This document shows, in pieces, positions 1 through 12,569 of a stretch of 64,000 nucleotides of DNA. A model generated the notes under the pieces. The model saw nothing but the letters and a program-made list of their open reading frames with translations. It searched no databases and was not told where the DNA came from. The position numbers and the translations under genes are program-made. The DNA comes from Octopus sinensis (taxonomy: Eukaryota), in the NCBI RefSeq assembly GCF_006345805.1, contig NC_043005.1, positions 39,990,001-40,054,000 on the forward strand, given 5' to 3'. Position 1 is the first letter of the stretch; every line of letters begins with the position of its first letter.

Positions 1-745
1 TCTATCTGCATATCTATTGAGATATTTCTAGAATCACCTATGTGCTTATCTATCTATCTGTCTCTTTATTTATTTATTTTGTTATTTTCCCATTTGCCAA
101 TGTATGTATTTGTTTGCCTTCATAATGCTTGTAAGCATTAAAAGTTTAATAATAAAAATGAAACGAATAATGGTGGTGTCCCAGCATGGCCACAGCCTCT
201 GGTGGTCTTGAACACATAAAAGGTAAAGGTGTATCATCCACAGCTATTTGCTAACTAAAGTTACTTCATTTAAATCTAACTGCCAATATCTTTTAATGCA
301 TAAATTTAGAGATCTTCATCACATTATTTCATTATATTGAACATTTCAGTTGCACCCACAAACTTGAACCCACAAATGCAGAATGATATAGACCCCCTCT
401 CTCTCTCTCAACCTCTTGTGTTTTCACTTTCTATTTTTTCATATTGATTCCACTACTTTAATTTCATTCTTTGTCTCTCCTTCCCCACCTTCTCTCTCCA
501 TATATTTCTCCATTTGAGTTATTATCTCCCTTGGTGTAAGTGTAATACACAGACAAAATTGACAGCCTGCAGGAACACATAGATTGCTAATATAGATATT
601 GTACACTAACATAATGATTTTCTCTCTACTTTAACAAGTATGTTGAAGACTATACTTAACTTATGAGATTTGAAACATGTCAGATGTAGTTTCCATACTT
701 GCCAAAATAGTTAAAATAAGACTAGTAAATGATTAATATTGTCCA

Positions 746-955
746 GGTGGTGAGCTAACAGAATCATTAGCACTCAAGGCAAATTGCTTGGCAGCATTTC
801 GTCCATCTTTGTGCTCTGAGTTCAAATTCTGCAGAAGTTGACTTTGCCTTTCATTCTTTCAGGATCAATAAAATAAGTACCTGTTTGGTACTGAGGTCGG
901 TGTAATTGACTTAACCCTGCTCTGAAATTGCTGGCCTTGGGCCAAAATTTGAAAT
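746..955 (+). mobile_element. tRNA-derived SINE family B (short-tail variant)
   Basis: Head GGTGGTGAGCT...GAGTTCAAATTC, core GACTTTGCCTTTCAT..AAGTACC; flanked by aatattgtcca direct repeat. Confidence 0.8.
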
Positions 956-1630
956 CAATATTGTCCATTTCTCACTGTCTTTCTAGTTAACTTTTTAATG
1001 TTCCCAGTGAACTATTAATAAAATGACTTCGTCATCAGCTTCAAAGAAATTTCAGTCATGTTGAAGGTGAACCATTAGAAGGCTTAGAACATGTTTTACT
1101 TAAATGTTATGTTATATATAAAAGTTGATAATTGACTTTATAATATCAAGAAAATGTATGACATCTTAATTTAGTAGAAAGATTTCAAAAATTTTGAAAT
1201 ACTTTACAAAAATCCAGTTGCAGTAGTGGAAAATTTTTTTCACGTTTAAATGGCTTTTTGCTTATTTAAAATATATTTATCTCTTAAGGTTTTGTAAAAA
1301 TTCTGGAATAATTTTTATAAAAACCTATTTTGATCTTTCCATGAGATTTTTTCTCATCTGAAAGATTTCATATTCTTGTTAATGGAACATAAGTTGTTCC
1401 TCTTAAATACCAGTTCTCTCAAAAATTGTACAGGTATAGTGAGTTGGCTGAACTAAATAGAACTAAATATCATGTGATCACATTTTGCAAGGGACAAGAT
1501 TTATAAAATAAGCATCTGTAATATGCTGTTGTCAAGCCAATTAAATATCCTTGTGTCTAGTCAAAAAATATCTATATATATAATATGACCAGTAATAGAA
1601 ATATAGATTTTTGATATCTTTATTTTTCAG

Positions 1631-1779
1631 CAAATAAATGGATAAGTATTGGAGGTGTTTCTGGAAGTCCCATTCGTTTTACCTTGGAAGAAATAGGTGG
1701 AAAACCAGGCGTGAACCATACCTATGACTATCATTCATTTTTTGCAAGTATTCAAGACAATTCAGAGACTGTTTTTGAG
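1631..1779 (+). CDS. Exon 1 (phase 1-0): NKWISIGGVSGSPIRFTLEEIGGKPGVNHTYDYHSFFASIQDNSETVFE
   Basis: tatttttcag acceptor, GTAAGT donor, 149 nt open; joins exon 2 to give VFESPKGIVC. Confidence 0.88.
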
Positions 1780-4555
1780 GTAAGTATTACAAAAATATTT
1801 TAATATGATTTCTGGAACATATCTCCTAATTATTAATGTCAGTAGTAACAATATGATTGTTTCTCTGCTGGACATCTTCTTCTTCTACTAATATGTACAT
1901 ATAAACAAGTTACTGTTTCTCCAAGCACTCTTCTTTAAACCCAGTACTAAAGCTCACTCTGGGATATTTTAGCTATCACTGCATTTATAATTAAATTAAA
2001 TTCACTGGATACCTGAGACAGTCATAGATGGTGGTCATATTTACTATATAGCCTTACCATAAAGAGTAAAAAAGAGATTGACTGAATAATACTGTTTCTA
2101 GTTTATTAAACTTCATCAGCAACCTCTGCATAATTGCATGATTGAAGAATCTGCTGTTACACCTATAACTAAATCAAATAGACTAAATTGTGTATTAGGT
2201 ACATCTAATCATTTTAAAAATTAATTAGTGAATGCAGTAATGGCTAAAAATTTTGAGTAAATCCCATGTGTAATTTTAATATGGAAAATAAAAACTATTG
2301 TCACATCCATAACAAAGATGTAACAGAACTAACAGTTGAAAGTCTGTGTAATATTCAAATTAGCTTGCCTAATTTAAACTTAATAACAGTAGCTTCAAGT
2401 ACAATTTCACAGTGGACATAAAATATAGGGTATCTGATTGTCAAAGGTTAATAAACTAGAAACAGCAGCATCAAATCAATTCCTCTTTTATTGTGCATGG
2501 TGAGGTTGTAGAGTAAACACGACAGCTATCTATCACTGTTTTAATGTATCTAATGATGTTAATTTATTTAATTAATTTATGGAAGCAATATATATATTTT
2601 GGTATATTTCATAGTTAACTTTAATTGAAAATAAACATTGTAGGCACATCAGTAATTTAAACTGAGTGTTTATATTTCTTTATCCTACATCATCATTACT
2701 TTCCCCAATCAGTCATCTGATCAGTGCTTAATCAAGGCATCGTTTTACTGCTCAACAACTTCTGTCCCAAAACTTCAGTGCATCTACACTTAACACACAA
2801 ACTTCATTACTCTTATGCTCCTAAATATTTCACTAACAGCTGTGTTGTATCTGTACAGTGTATACAGTCACAATGCACACAATACTCAGCTGAGATGCTT
2901 TCACACACAACAATACTAAGGAGAAAAAATGTTGTTTTCGTGTAGTGCACAACATGAAAACTTTCTCACAAATTTCTCCAAATTGCATCAGCAACTTCTG
3001 GTCCTTTGCCTAAAAGATCTCCCCAACCATCAGTTAAGACAGCTTTGTAAACAACTTCTACTAAAATCCTGAGTTTGCTGCCCATTTTGCCTTTTATACC
3101 ACATGGTTCACATTCTCTACAAAACTAAGCAATAAATATTTCAGCTCTGACTGTCTCACTCCACTACATGTGTAATCATTAAGTTCAGAATTCTATTTAT
3201 TTGAGTTAACAAAGAAATCATTTCTAATATTTTCCTCCCATTGTTCTCAAGGGGTATGCTTTAGAACAAGTGTCTATTCTCATGACAGCTGATATTGGTG
3301 TGTTTACATACCCATAACTACAACTAAAATTCTTCAAAGCAATGCCCCAGCATGGCCACACTCTAATGACAGAAACAAGTAAGAGACACCATATATCTAT
3401 ACATTGAATGTTTCTTGAGTTAAAGTTTTTTTTTATTTTTGGTTATATATATGTAAGCATACATGTGCAAGAGCAAGAGAGAGAGAGAGTGTGTGGGAGT
3501 GAGACATGTCTGCTAACGGTTATATATAAACCATTACTACCTTTCTCATGATTGGGCCACCATAGACTTAACTGGCTGCTCCACATAGAAATCTTTACCC
3601 AAGTTTAGGAAGGTGTATGAACATCCTACTGTACCAAAAGCAAACCTTCAAAATGACAGGGAAATCCCTTGTTGATCAACAACCAGTCACTGCAGCTGTT
3701 TTCACTCACAATTGTTGATGCTTTCTTGCCAATGGAATCAAGTGTGTAGTCTATGGAAGGTTTGCTTAACTACACTGCTCTCCCAGTTGTGATGCAGTAG
3801 TATGGATAGGTGAAGCTCTTCTCAGCTTTTCCTGATAGAATTTTGTCATTAAGTAATGTTGATATTTTAGTACATGTTGATTTCTAAAACGTGAAGTTAA
3901 ATCAGTGATCAGTGCATGGAACATCCACTATACTTTCATTCACACAGATTAGTTCTCTGAGCAACTAACACAATTCAATTTCTTTCATTCCATTTAAGTA
4001 TGTGGTTGCTGATGGAAATATATTTGTTTTTGATCTTAACTCAGTTCAGCATAACTCAGGATTCAAACTTCTTTGAACAACAAACAGGCAGGAGATCTTT
4101 CAGTATTGCATCAGATGTGTCTTGCCAATGAAATACTAACAGATTTGTAGTTTTGACACACAGAAAGTGCAGTATCAGCAGGAGCAGTCACTAATCTCTA
4201 ATCTACACAAATACATCTTCAGTTGTGATGGCACGAACATAGTGTTCTTGGTCATTTATGAAAATGAAAATGAACAACCAACCAGTTATCTAGTTCAAAT
4301 ATGAATTCATACACATACTTACAAGTATATACACATCCACATACATGCATATAGATACATAACCAAGGACATAACCACATAAATATACTATATATATAGG
4401 CGCAGGAGTGGCTGTGTGATAAGTAGCTTGCTTACCAACCACATGGTTCCGGGTTCAGTCCCACTGCTTGGCACCTTGGGCAAGTGTCTTCTACTATAGC
4501 CTCGGGCCAACCAAAGCCTTGTGAGTGGATTTGGTAGATGGAAACTGAAAGAAGC

Positions 4556-4614
<59 letters not shown>

Positions 4615-4822
4615 GTGTTTATGTGTCTGTGTTTGTCCCCCCCCCCAACATCGCTTGACAACCAATGCTGGTGTGTTTATGTCCCCTTAACTTAGAGGTT
4701 CAACAATAGAGACCAATAGAATAAGTACTAGGCTTACAAAGTATAAGTCCTGCAGTCGATTTGCATGGCCACAGTCAAATGACTGAAACAAGTATACGAG
4801 TAAAAGAGTAAAGAGTGTATAT

Positions 4823-4875
<53 letters not shown>

Positions 4876-5075
4876 GTGTTTATGTGTCTGTGTTTGTCCC
4901 CCCCCCCAACATCGCTTGACAACCAATGCTGGTGTGTTTATGTCCCCTTAACTTAGAGGTTCAACAATAGAGACCAATAGAATAAGTACTAGGCTTACAA
5001 AGTATAAGTCCTGCAGTCGATTTGCATGGCCACAGTCAAATGACTGAAACAAGTATACGAGTAAAAGAGTAAAGA

Positions 5076-5113
<38 letters not shown>

Positions 5114-6622
5114 CACACACACACACATGTAAATGAGTGTGTGTGTATGTTTGTATGTGTGTGTGTGTAGTATTTTGCCCATTACTGTAGTTTCACTTGC
5201 ATAGATTTTTTTTCAAATATTATGCATTGAATTATGTGCATGTATATGTCACCATTTTTAGGAATTCATACGGGTGAAACTGTACAGTAATGGATAAGTC
5301 ACTAGCTGTTTGGTACATACATATTTACTCTACAAAAGTATTTAGTTCTCTCTGAGCTTTTTCTGTAATCATATGTAGTTAAGCATTTGAGTATATACAT
5401 ATATATCCATACACACACACACACACACATGTAAGCACATACATACACATATAAATACTTACAAATGTAGTATCGTTGATAAATGAAAGAACTACTTTTG
5501 TTGCTGACAATGTCAAACAATGATAACTAACAAGGGTCGCTTACAACAAAGAACAATCGAAGGAGCAGATTTAGCCTTAAATTGAATGACACAACAGTAA
5601 CTTCATTGTTATGAAAATTATGGTAGCATGCACATAAACTGATTAAAGATAACCAAGGACAGAAAGTGACTGCAGCATGACCTTTTGATCAGTAGAATGC
5701 AACATGATTACAACAATGGCATCGCCAACAAGATATGAAGAAGTGACTTTTATCTGACCCAGATTTGACTGAAGTCTGGTTGAGGCAGTACAAGAAGGAT
5801 AACAGGAGCTGAGAACATTAAAGGAGTCTCAATAATGTTATATCTTAGTTTAGGAAGAAATTAAATCTGAGGATATAAAGGAAACGATAATGTCATTGAT
5901 GAGACCAAAGAAGGATTGGTTATTGCTTAACCCTTTAGCATTTAAACCGACCATATCCGACCCAAATATTCTATCTGTTTTTCCTTCAAACTGGCTAGAT
6001 CTGGCTTCTCACACTAACCCTACAGTGTCGTTCTAAAAGTAAACACTCACATCATTGAAATTTTGAAGTTATGAGATAATTCATGATAAATTCAAAGCAT
6101 GGTGAATAAATAAACATTACATTTGCCAGACCAATCTGAACCCTATAGGGTTAAGGAACATAGTTTTTGGCTGCAAGGCAAATGCTAACAGAGCCAATTT
6201 AAAACTATCATGTAAGTTAAAGAAAAGCTGCCTGCTTTTGTGAATTTGATAAATTGGGAGTGGAAGGACAGGCTGGAGAGGATGACTGGATGACCAGATG
6301 ACCAGATGACCTTATACAAATGCAGCTGACTGATGGACAGTTAGATCACCGTCATGCAATTTCCATAGATGATGTTAGCAGGTTGAGCCAAACATATTCA
6401 GCATTTTGAGATATTAAATGATTTTAATTCGGCTCCAATTAGTAATAATAATGGTATCATAAAAGAATGACAGTTTCACATGTAGATATGAATCACGGAA
6501 TTGCACTTATGTGCATGTGTTAAGTGATAGGTGATAAAAAAAAAACTGAGTTCAATTAAAAAGAAATACACTTTTCACTATCCAATCACCACCACCACCA
6601 TCATCTCTCTCCCCCCCTCCCC

Positions 6623-6668
<46 letters not shown>

Positions 6669-9600
6669 CTTTAACCTCATCATCAGAACATCACCCCCTC
6701 TGCTAAAATTATATTTTTAACTCTCCTCCTCTACCCTCAACTAACTTTTTTAACCTTGTAATAAATATTACGTTCCCCCTACCTCACATCATGGACGCTT
6801 CTCTTTCCCTCTTTTGCTTTCTCCTTTTTCTGTCTCACTCTTTGCCTTTGCCTCTTTTTCTCTCTCCTTTTTTCTTTTTCCTCTCTTTCTCTTCAACTAA
6901 TCACATGAAAGTGTTACAATTACATTCCCGCTACCTCATATCATGGACACTTCTCTCTCCCTCTTTTTCTCCCTTTCTCTTTTCTTCTCTCCCTCTTTCC
7001 TTTCTCCCTCTTTTTCTCTAATCACATGAAAGCATTACTGATGGGCTAAGTAACACAATGACAAGCTGAATTATTATAATATGTACACATTATAAAGAGA
7101 AAAACAATTAGTTTTAAATCTCTGAGTGAGAAATATGTAGTAACAGTTCTGTATAGTAAAGTCTGTTTGCCAACGTAAAACGGCAGTCCTGCTTAGGACG
7201 ATGTTACTATTGTTTAGCCCCAGGAAAACATCTTTTCCAGCTGACTACCAACACATCATCTGTGTCTGTATACAGTGAGCAAGGGAGTTAATGCTCCCCC
7301 TCCAACCTTAGTGTTATCTGCAGACCAATGGCTCCTGGGTTATTTTCCTTCCTCAGCACAGGACAATCGCTGGCTAGGAATAGCAGCCACTTGACCGCAC
7401 TCACAATATATACTTTGAAAGTGACACACAGTCACTGACCTTGTAAAGAGAAAAACAGCTAGTTTTAAATCTCTGAGTGAGAAATATGTAGTAACAGAAC
7501 TGCATAATAAAGTCTATTTACCAACGTAAAGATGATGTGTTAATAGCCAACTGGAAAAGATGTTTTCCCAGGGCTAAACAGTAGTAATATCATCCTAAAC
7601 AGGACTACCACTTTACGTTGACAAATAGACTTTACTATGCAGTTCTGTTACTACATATTTCTTGCGCAGAGATTTAAAACTAGTCGTTTTTCTCTTTATG
7701 AAGTCAGTGATTATGTGTCACTTTCAAAGTATATATCGTGAGTGCAGTCAAGTGGCTGCAATCTCTAGCCAGCAATTGTTCTGCACCAAGGAAGAGAAAT
7801 AACCCAGAAGCCATTGGTCTGCAGGTGTCACTAAGGTTGGAGGGGCAACATTAACTCCCTTGCTCACAGTATACGGACACAGATGATGTGTTGGTAGTCA
7901 GCTGGAAAAGATGTTTTCCTGGGACTAAACAGTAGTAACATCGTCCTAAGCAGGACTGCCACTTTGCATTGGCAAAAAGACGTTAATACACATTATAATA
8001 AATACAAAAATACATTAGAATATGAATTTAAGGAATTATTCAGAAATTAATTTGAAATTTTTAATTATATTTCAGTCACCAAAAGGAATTGTATGCAAAG
8101 ATAGAAAAAGTAACATGAGCCTTCCAGATCTGCCACCAACAATTTCAGCAAGCATTGAGCTTACATCTGAGTCTCAAGTAAAAATTGTTGATGTAAGTAT
8201 TGTGATTCTAGTATTTTCCTTTTTATATATACATATCAAAACAATTTGATCTAATACAATTTAATCAGGGCTGAATTAAGACCATAGAGGCTCTAAGTAC
8301 TTAAAATATTTTGGTACCCATCCTCATATATATGTATATAATTAAAAATGTAAACAACAATAAATCATAAAATAAACTTTTATTTTTCAAAATGAAACAA
8401 AACTAACCGTAAGATGGAAAATAATGCTTATCATTTGTATATTTCCACTTAATTTATACCTGAAAAATTTTCTCCAGCTTTTTTTTTATTGCAAAGTCTT
8501 TGACTAGATCCTCACTGTGATGTCATGAACACTTCAAAATTACATTTCCAATAATATGAACCACTTTAACCCTTTACTGTTCGCATTATTCTACCAAAAT
8601 TAAGGTTTTTTCATCCACATTGCCTTGAACTAATCAGGCGTTACCTTGTAGCTTTGAGATTTTGATGAGGTAGCTGTCAATTTTTAAAACGATATTGTAG
8701 GGTTGGTGTGAGAGACCAGATCTGGCCATTTTGAAAATAAAACAGGGAGAATACTTATGGCCGGATATGGCCGGTTTAAATGCTAAAGGGTTAAATATTA
8801 TTTTAGTAAGTTTAAAGAATTTCTTTTGTGCTGTAAACTATTTAACATTGCTGTGGTGCTCTCTCTTTTCCCTTGATGCCCTAAGCACGTTTTATTTTGC
8901 TTAATAGTTAGTCCAGCACTGAATTTAATGCTTGGCTTCCACGCTTGCTTCTTGGTTACAGTTCCTGGGATATGCTTATTAATGATTATACACTTTAAAG
9001 AATATGTGCTTTGAAACTCTTCACTATATTTTTGTCAGGCAAAATCATTATGCAGTAACAATTATTTATTAAATACTTGTATTAAATACCATATTCAAAA
9101 AAGTAAGGAACAAATAAAACATATTGAAAAATTAAAGCCTGAAGTTATAAAACCAGCCAAATCAGGCTACCTTGGAGAAACAAAATTAAAGAAAGAAATT
9201 ATGGAAGAATAATTACATGACTAAAATTTCATTTGATTGTATAAATCTAATACTTGATTCATAATTAATTTTATTGACCTAAGAAGGGTGAAAGTTGACT
9301 CTGGAAGGATTTGAACTTAGAATGTAAAAATGCATAATAACACTATCATTTCAAAGTGCAATGGACAAAACTGCAGGATAACTGTAGCCTATCTGAGAAT
9401 AAGCTCTACAACATGGAATGATTGCTACAGTGAGTGTTGCTAGCCATTTTCTATGGCAATGCCATTGTGATCATGTCCATGAGGCATGGCTGAACATGCC
9501 ATTTGCTTTGTGATGTACAATCATTAATCCCTCCCACCATCTTCTACTGTTTAATCCCCCTTCTCCCTGAATGAAGACTCATATTTAAGCTAAAATAAAG

Positions 9601-11334
9601 TAGTTTTACTACTTTAACTTTCAGAAATTAGAACATATTCTTGCAAGCATGCCTATTTTAAAGCTGTTTTTTTTTTCTGTAAGACAATTCCTTTTTACTT
9701 TTGTGAATTCCAACATAGTCAGTGGTATATTGTTTAGATCTTTCATATAACCATTAAGGTTGAAACTGTAACCAATGGAATTGTCATTATACTTTGTGAT
9801 CTCTTCCTTAAGAATTTTACTCACCACACTAACCACAGGCCCCTAGAAATTTTGATAACTGCACATTGATGGTTCATCGTATATGAAGGTCATTTTGAAT
9901 ATACTTTTGAATTACATATAATAATGATGTTTCCAGGGAACAGAAAATGACTGAGAAATCAATAACTATCTCAGCATAGAACATCACCAATCTAAACTGA
10001 TCCAGGTTGTTCCTCTACCTCAGAACACTGTAGTACCATGCTCAGGTGTCTCTATTCATACTTGAACACTCCTCATCTTGTCCTGCCTTTGGCTATATGA
10101 TGTATAAAAAGAGTTCCTCAATGGGAGAGATTCGCCCATCCTCAGTCATGGCCTTCAGTGTGTAATGTTTTGCCACTGTTGCATTTCCACTTGGTCTATA
10201 TGCAGCTGTAAAGAAGTGTCTGATGTTCCACCTATTGAACATTTCCTTCAGCAGCCCCAACAAAAATACTGTTCTGTTGTCTGTCAACAGCTCATACTCG
10301 GGCCCCCTTTCCAAAAATATTACATCCAGCACCCTTGCAATTTCATCCACAGTCCCCATCCTGACTTCTCTCTGTATCACTGTTTACCCTCACCTCGAGG
10401 CAATCATTGAGAGGAACGATCTTTGGTGGTACATCACATAAATTGTCATCCTCTTTCAGTCTTCTTCCACCTGAGGCTTCCCAATTTCACGCACACTGAA
10501 TATAGAGTCAGTGGACTGACTCTTGTCACAGTTTCCAACCACCTTCCAGATACTTTGATGATTTTAAAATAAACTAAGACTGTCTCATTTCATGGGGAAT
10601 ATAAGAGTGAGAGTTATTGCTGTGGGCAAACATAAGTATATAAAATGAAATAGATGTATGTGGTAATGGCCTCTGTATAGCAGTGGCAATGTTTATAGAC
10701 AGCAATGAAATGTGGAAAAAGAAGAATGTGGTTGTCTAAGTTCTAAAATATATGTTATTTGATAAGAAAGAATTTTCATAGATATATGTTGTAATGGAGC
10801 TTCTTATCTAAGTCACTCAGTAATAGATGGAGCACATAAGCGATTTGATAGAAGATTCATAATCTAAGGCTTTGATAACATTTTTCTTTATCAAAGTTCA
10901 TAAGTACAAAAATCCTCCACTATGTGACATAACAGGAAAGATTTTACATAGGAATTGTTTTATAGAAATTATATGTTATTGGTGAAGTGGTAAAGAGATT
11001 CAAAATTGTATAAGAGGTTGTTGCAATGTGCAGAGTAAAAAGTTCATTTCAGTTAATTTTGTTTGAGACACATAAAGTTGTATCATGGAAATGGAAAGTG
11101 CTAGAAATTTTTAAAAGTGAGCTTAAGAAGTTTGCTGAAAAATTGTTAGGTTTGATGATTATGAGCACGTGATGAAAAGGAAGGCTACAAAAGAGTAGTT
11201 CATTCAAAGTTTAGTTATGTGTGATGATGGATTCAAAGATAGCAGTAAAATATGTTGAAATTTCTTTGTAAAATGAATCCTTATAGAATTATTGAGTTTG
11301 AAGAGTGACAAATTTCATCATCATCATCATCATC

Positions 11335-11373
<39 letters not shown>

Positions 11374-12538
11374 TTCATCATCATCATCACCACCATAATC
11401 ATCATTATCATCATCATTTAACATTTGCTGGCATGGTTTGGACAGTTTGATTGGAGATGGCTAGGCCAGGAGTTTTAAAATGCTCCATCGTCTGTTTTGG
11501 CATGTTTTCTACTGCTGGATGCCCTTCCTTAACATCAACCATTTTACAGAGTGTACTGAATACTTGCAAAATAAAAATTTAAAAAAAGATACTTTTGATA
11601 AGTGCATGACTACAATTGACAAGGATTAAGATTTTGCAGCTTGTGTGTTGCTCAAGAGCATCTTTTTGCTCTCAGAATGTATAAGCTTAATTTCCTTACA
11701 GATTCCTTGCACTTGTTGTTAGTAAGAATCTTTACATTCATTTCAGGTAATTGAAAGAGATCTTCACTAACTCTAATGGTTAGTTATTTCTTTATTGCCC
11801 ACAAGGGGCTAAACATAGAGGGGACAAACAAGGACAGACAAACAGATTCAGTCGATTACATCGACTCCAGTGCATAACTGGTATTTAATTTATTGACCCC
11901 AAAAGGATGAAAGGCAAAATCAACCTTGGCAGAATTTGAACTCAGAATGTAACAGCAGATGAAATACCACTAAGCATTTCGCCGGCATGCTAATGTTTCT
12001 GCCAGCTCGTCTACTCTAACACTAATGGTTAGTGTAGGTAGAAACACTCATTCTTGTAAACCATTTAGTGTTTCTTAGCTTGCACATGTAGAATTATGTG
12101 GGATATAGTTTGATTATTGGTTTGGAATTACTTTTTTTTTTTGAAATTTGCAAATATAAAAATTATGCATTAAAATTTAAGCTTTAATTTGATGATTTAA
12201 TGTAAATATATAAACTTATAGAATAAGAGTGATGCAAGTTTTCTCTTTTTCTCTTTTTTATATTTCTTTTGAGTATTTTTTAATTGTTTCAACTGTGCAT
12301 ACTCTCTCTCTCTTTTTTACTCTTTTACTTGTTTCCTTCATTTGACTGTGCCCATACTGGAGCACCACCTTTAGTCAAGCAAATCAACCCCAGGACTTAT
12401 TCTTTGGAAGCCTTGTACTTATTCTATCGGTCTCTTTTGATGAACTGCTAAGTTACGGGGATGTAATCACATCACCATCAGTTGTCAAGTGATGTTAGGG
12501 CGACAAACACAGACACACAAACATATATACACACATAC

Positions 12539-12569
<31 letters not shown>

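Noticed and set aside
4399-4475. tRNA genes at SINE heads
   Set aside because: A/B-box-like heads continue into SINE bodies and do not form complete cloverleaves.
7186-7260. Hammerhead ribozyme in the 350-bp unit (hairpin GTCCT-GCTT-AGGAC; GATGA motif)
   Set aside because: Available copies read CAGATGA not CTGATGA, and the hairpin is followed by GATG not GAAA; no complete core by eye.
9090-9210. K/E-rich + strand frame QKSKEQIKHIEKLKPEVIKPAKSGYLGETKLKKEIMEE*
   Set aside because: Short, no acceptor/donor pair, ends in a stop mid-gene, and A-rich composition can explain it.
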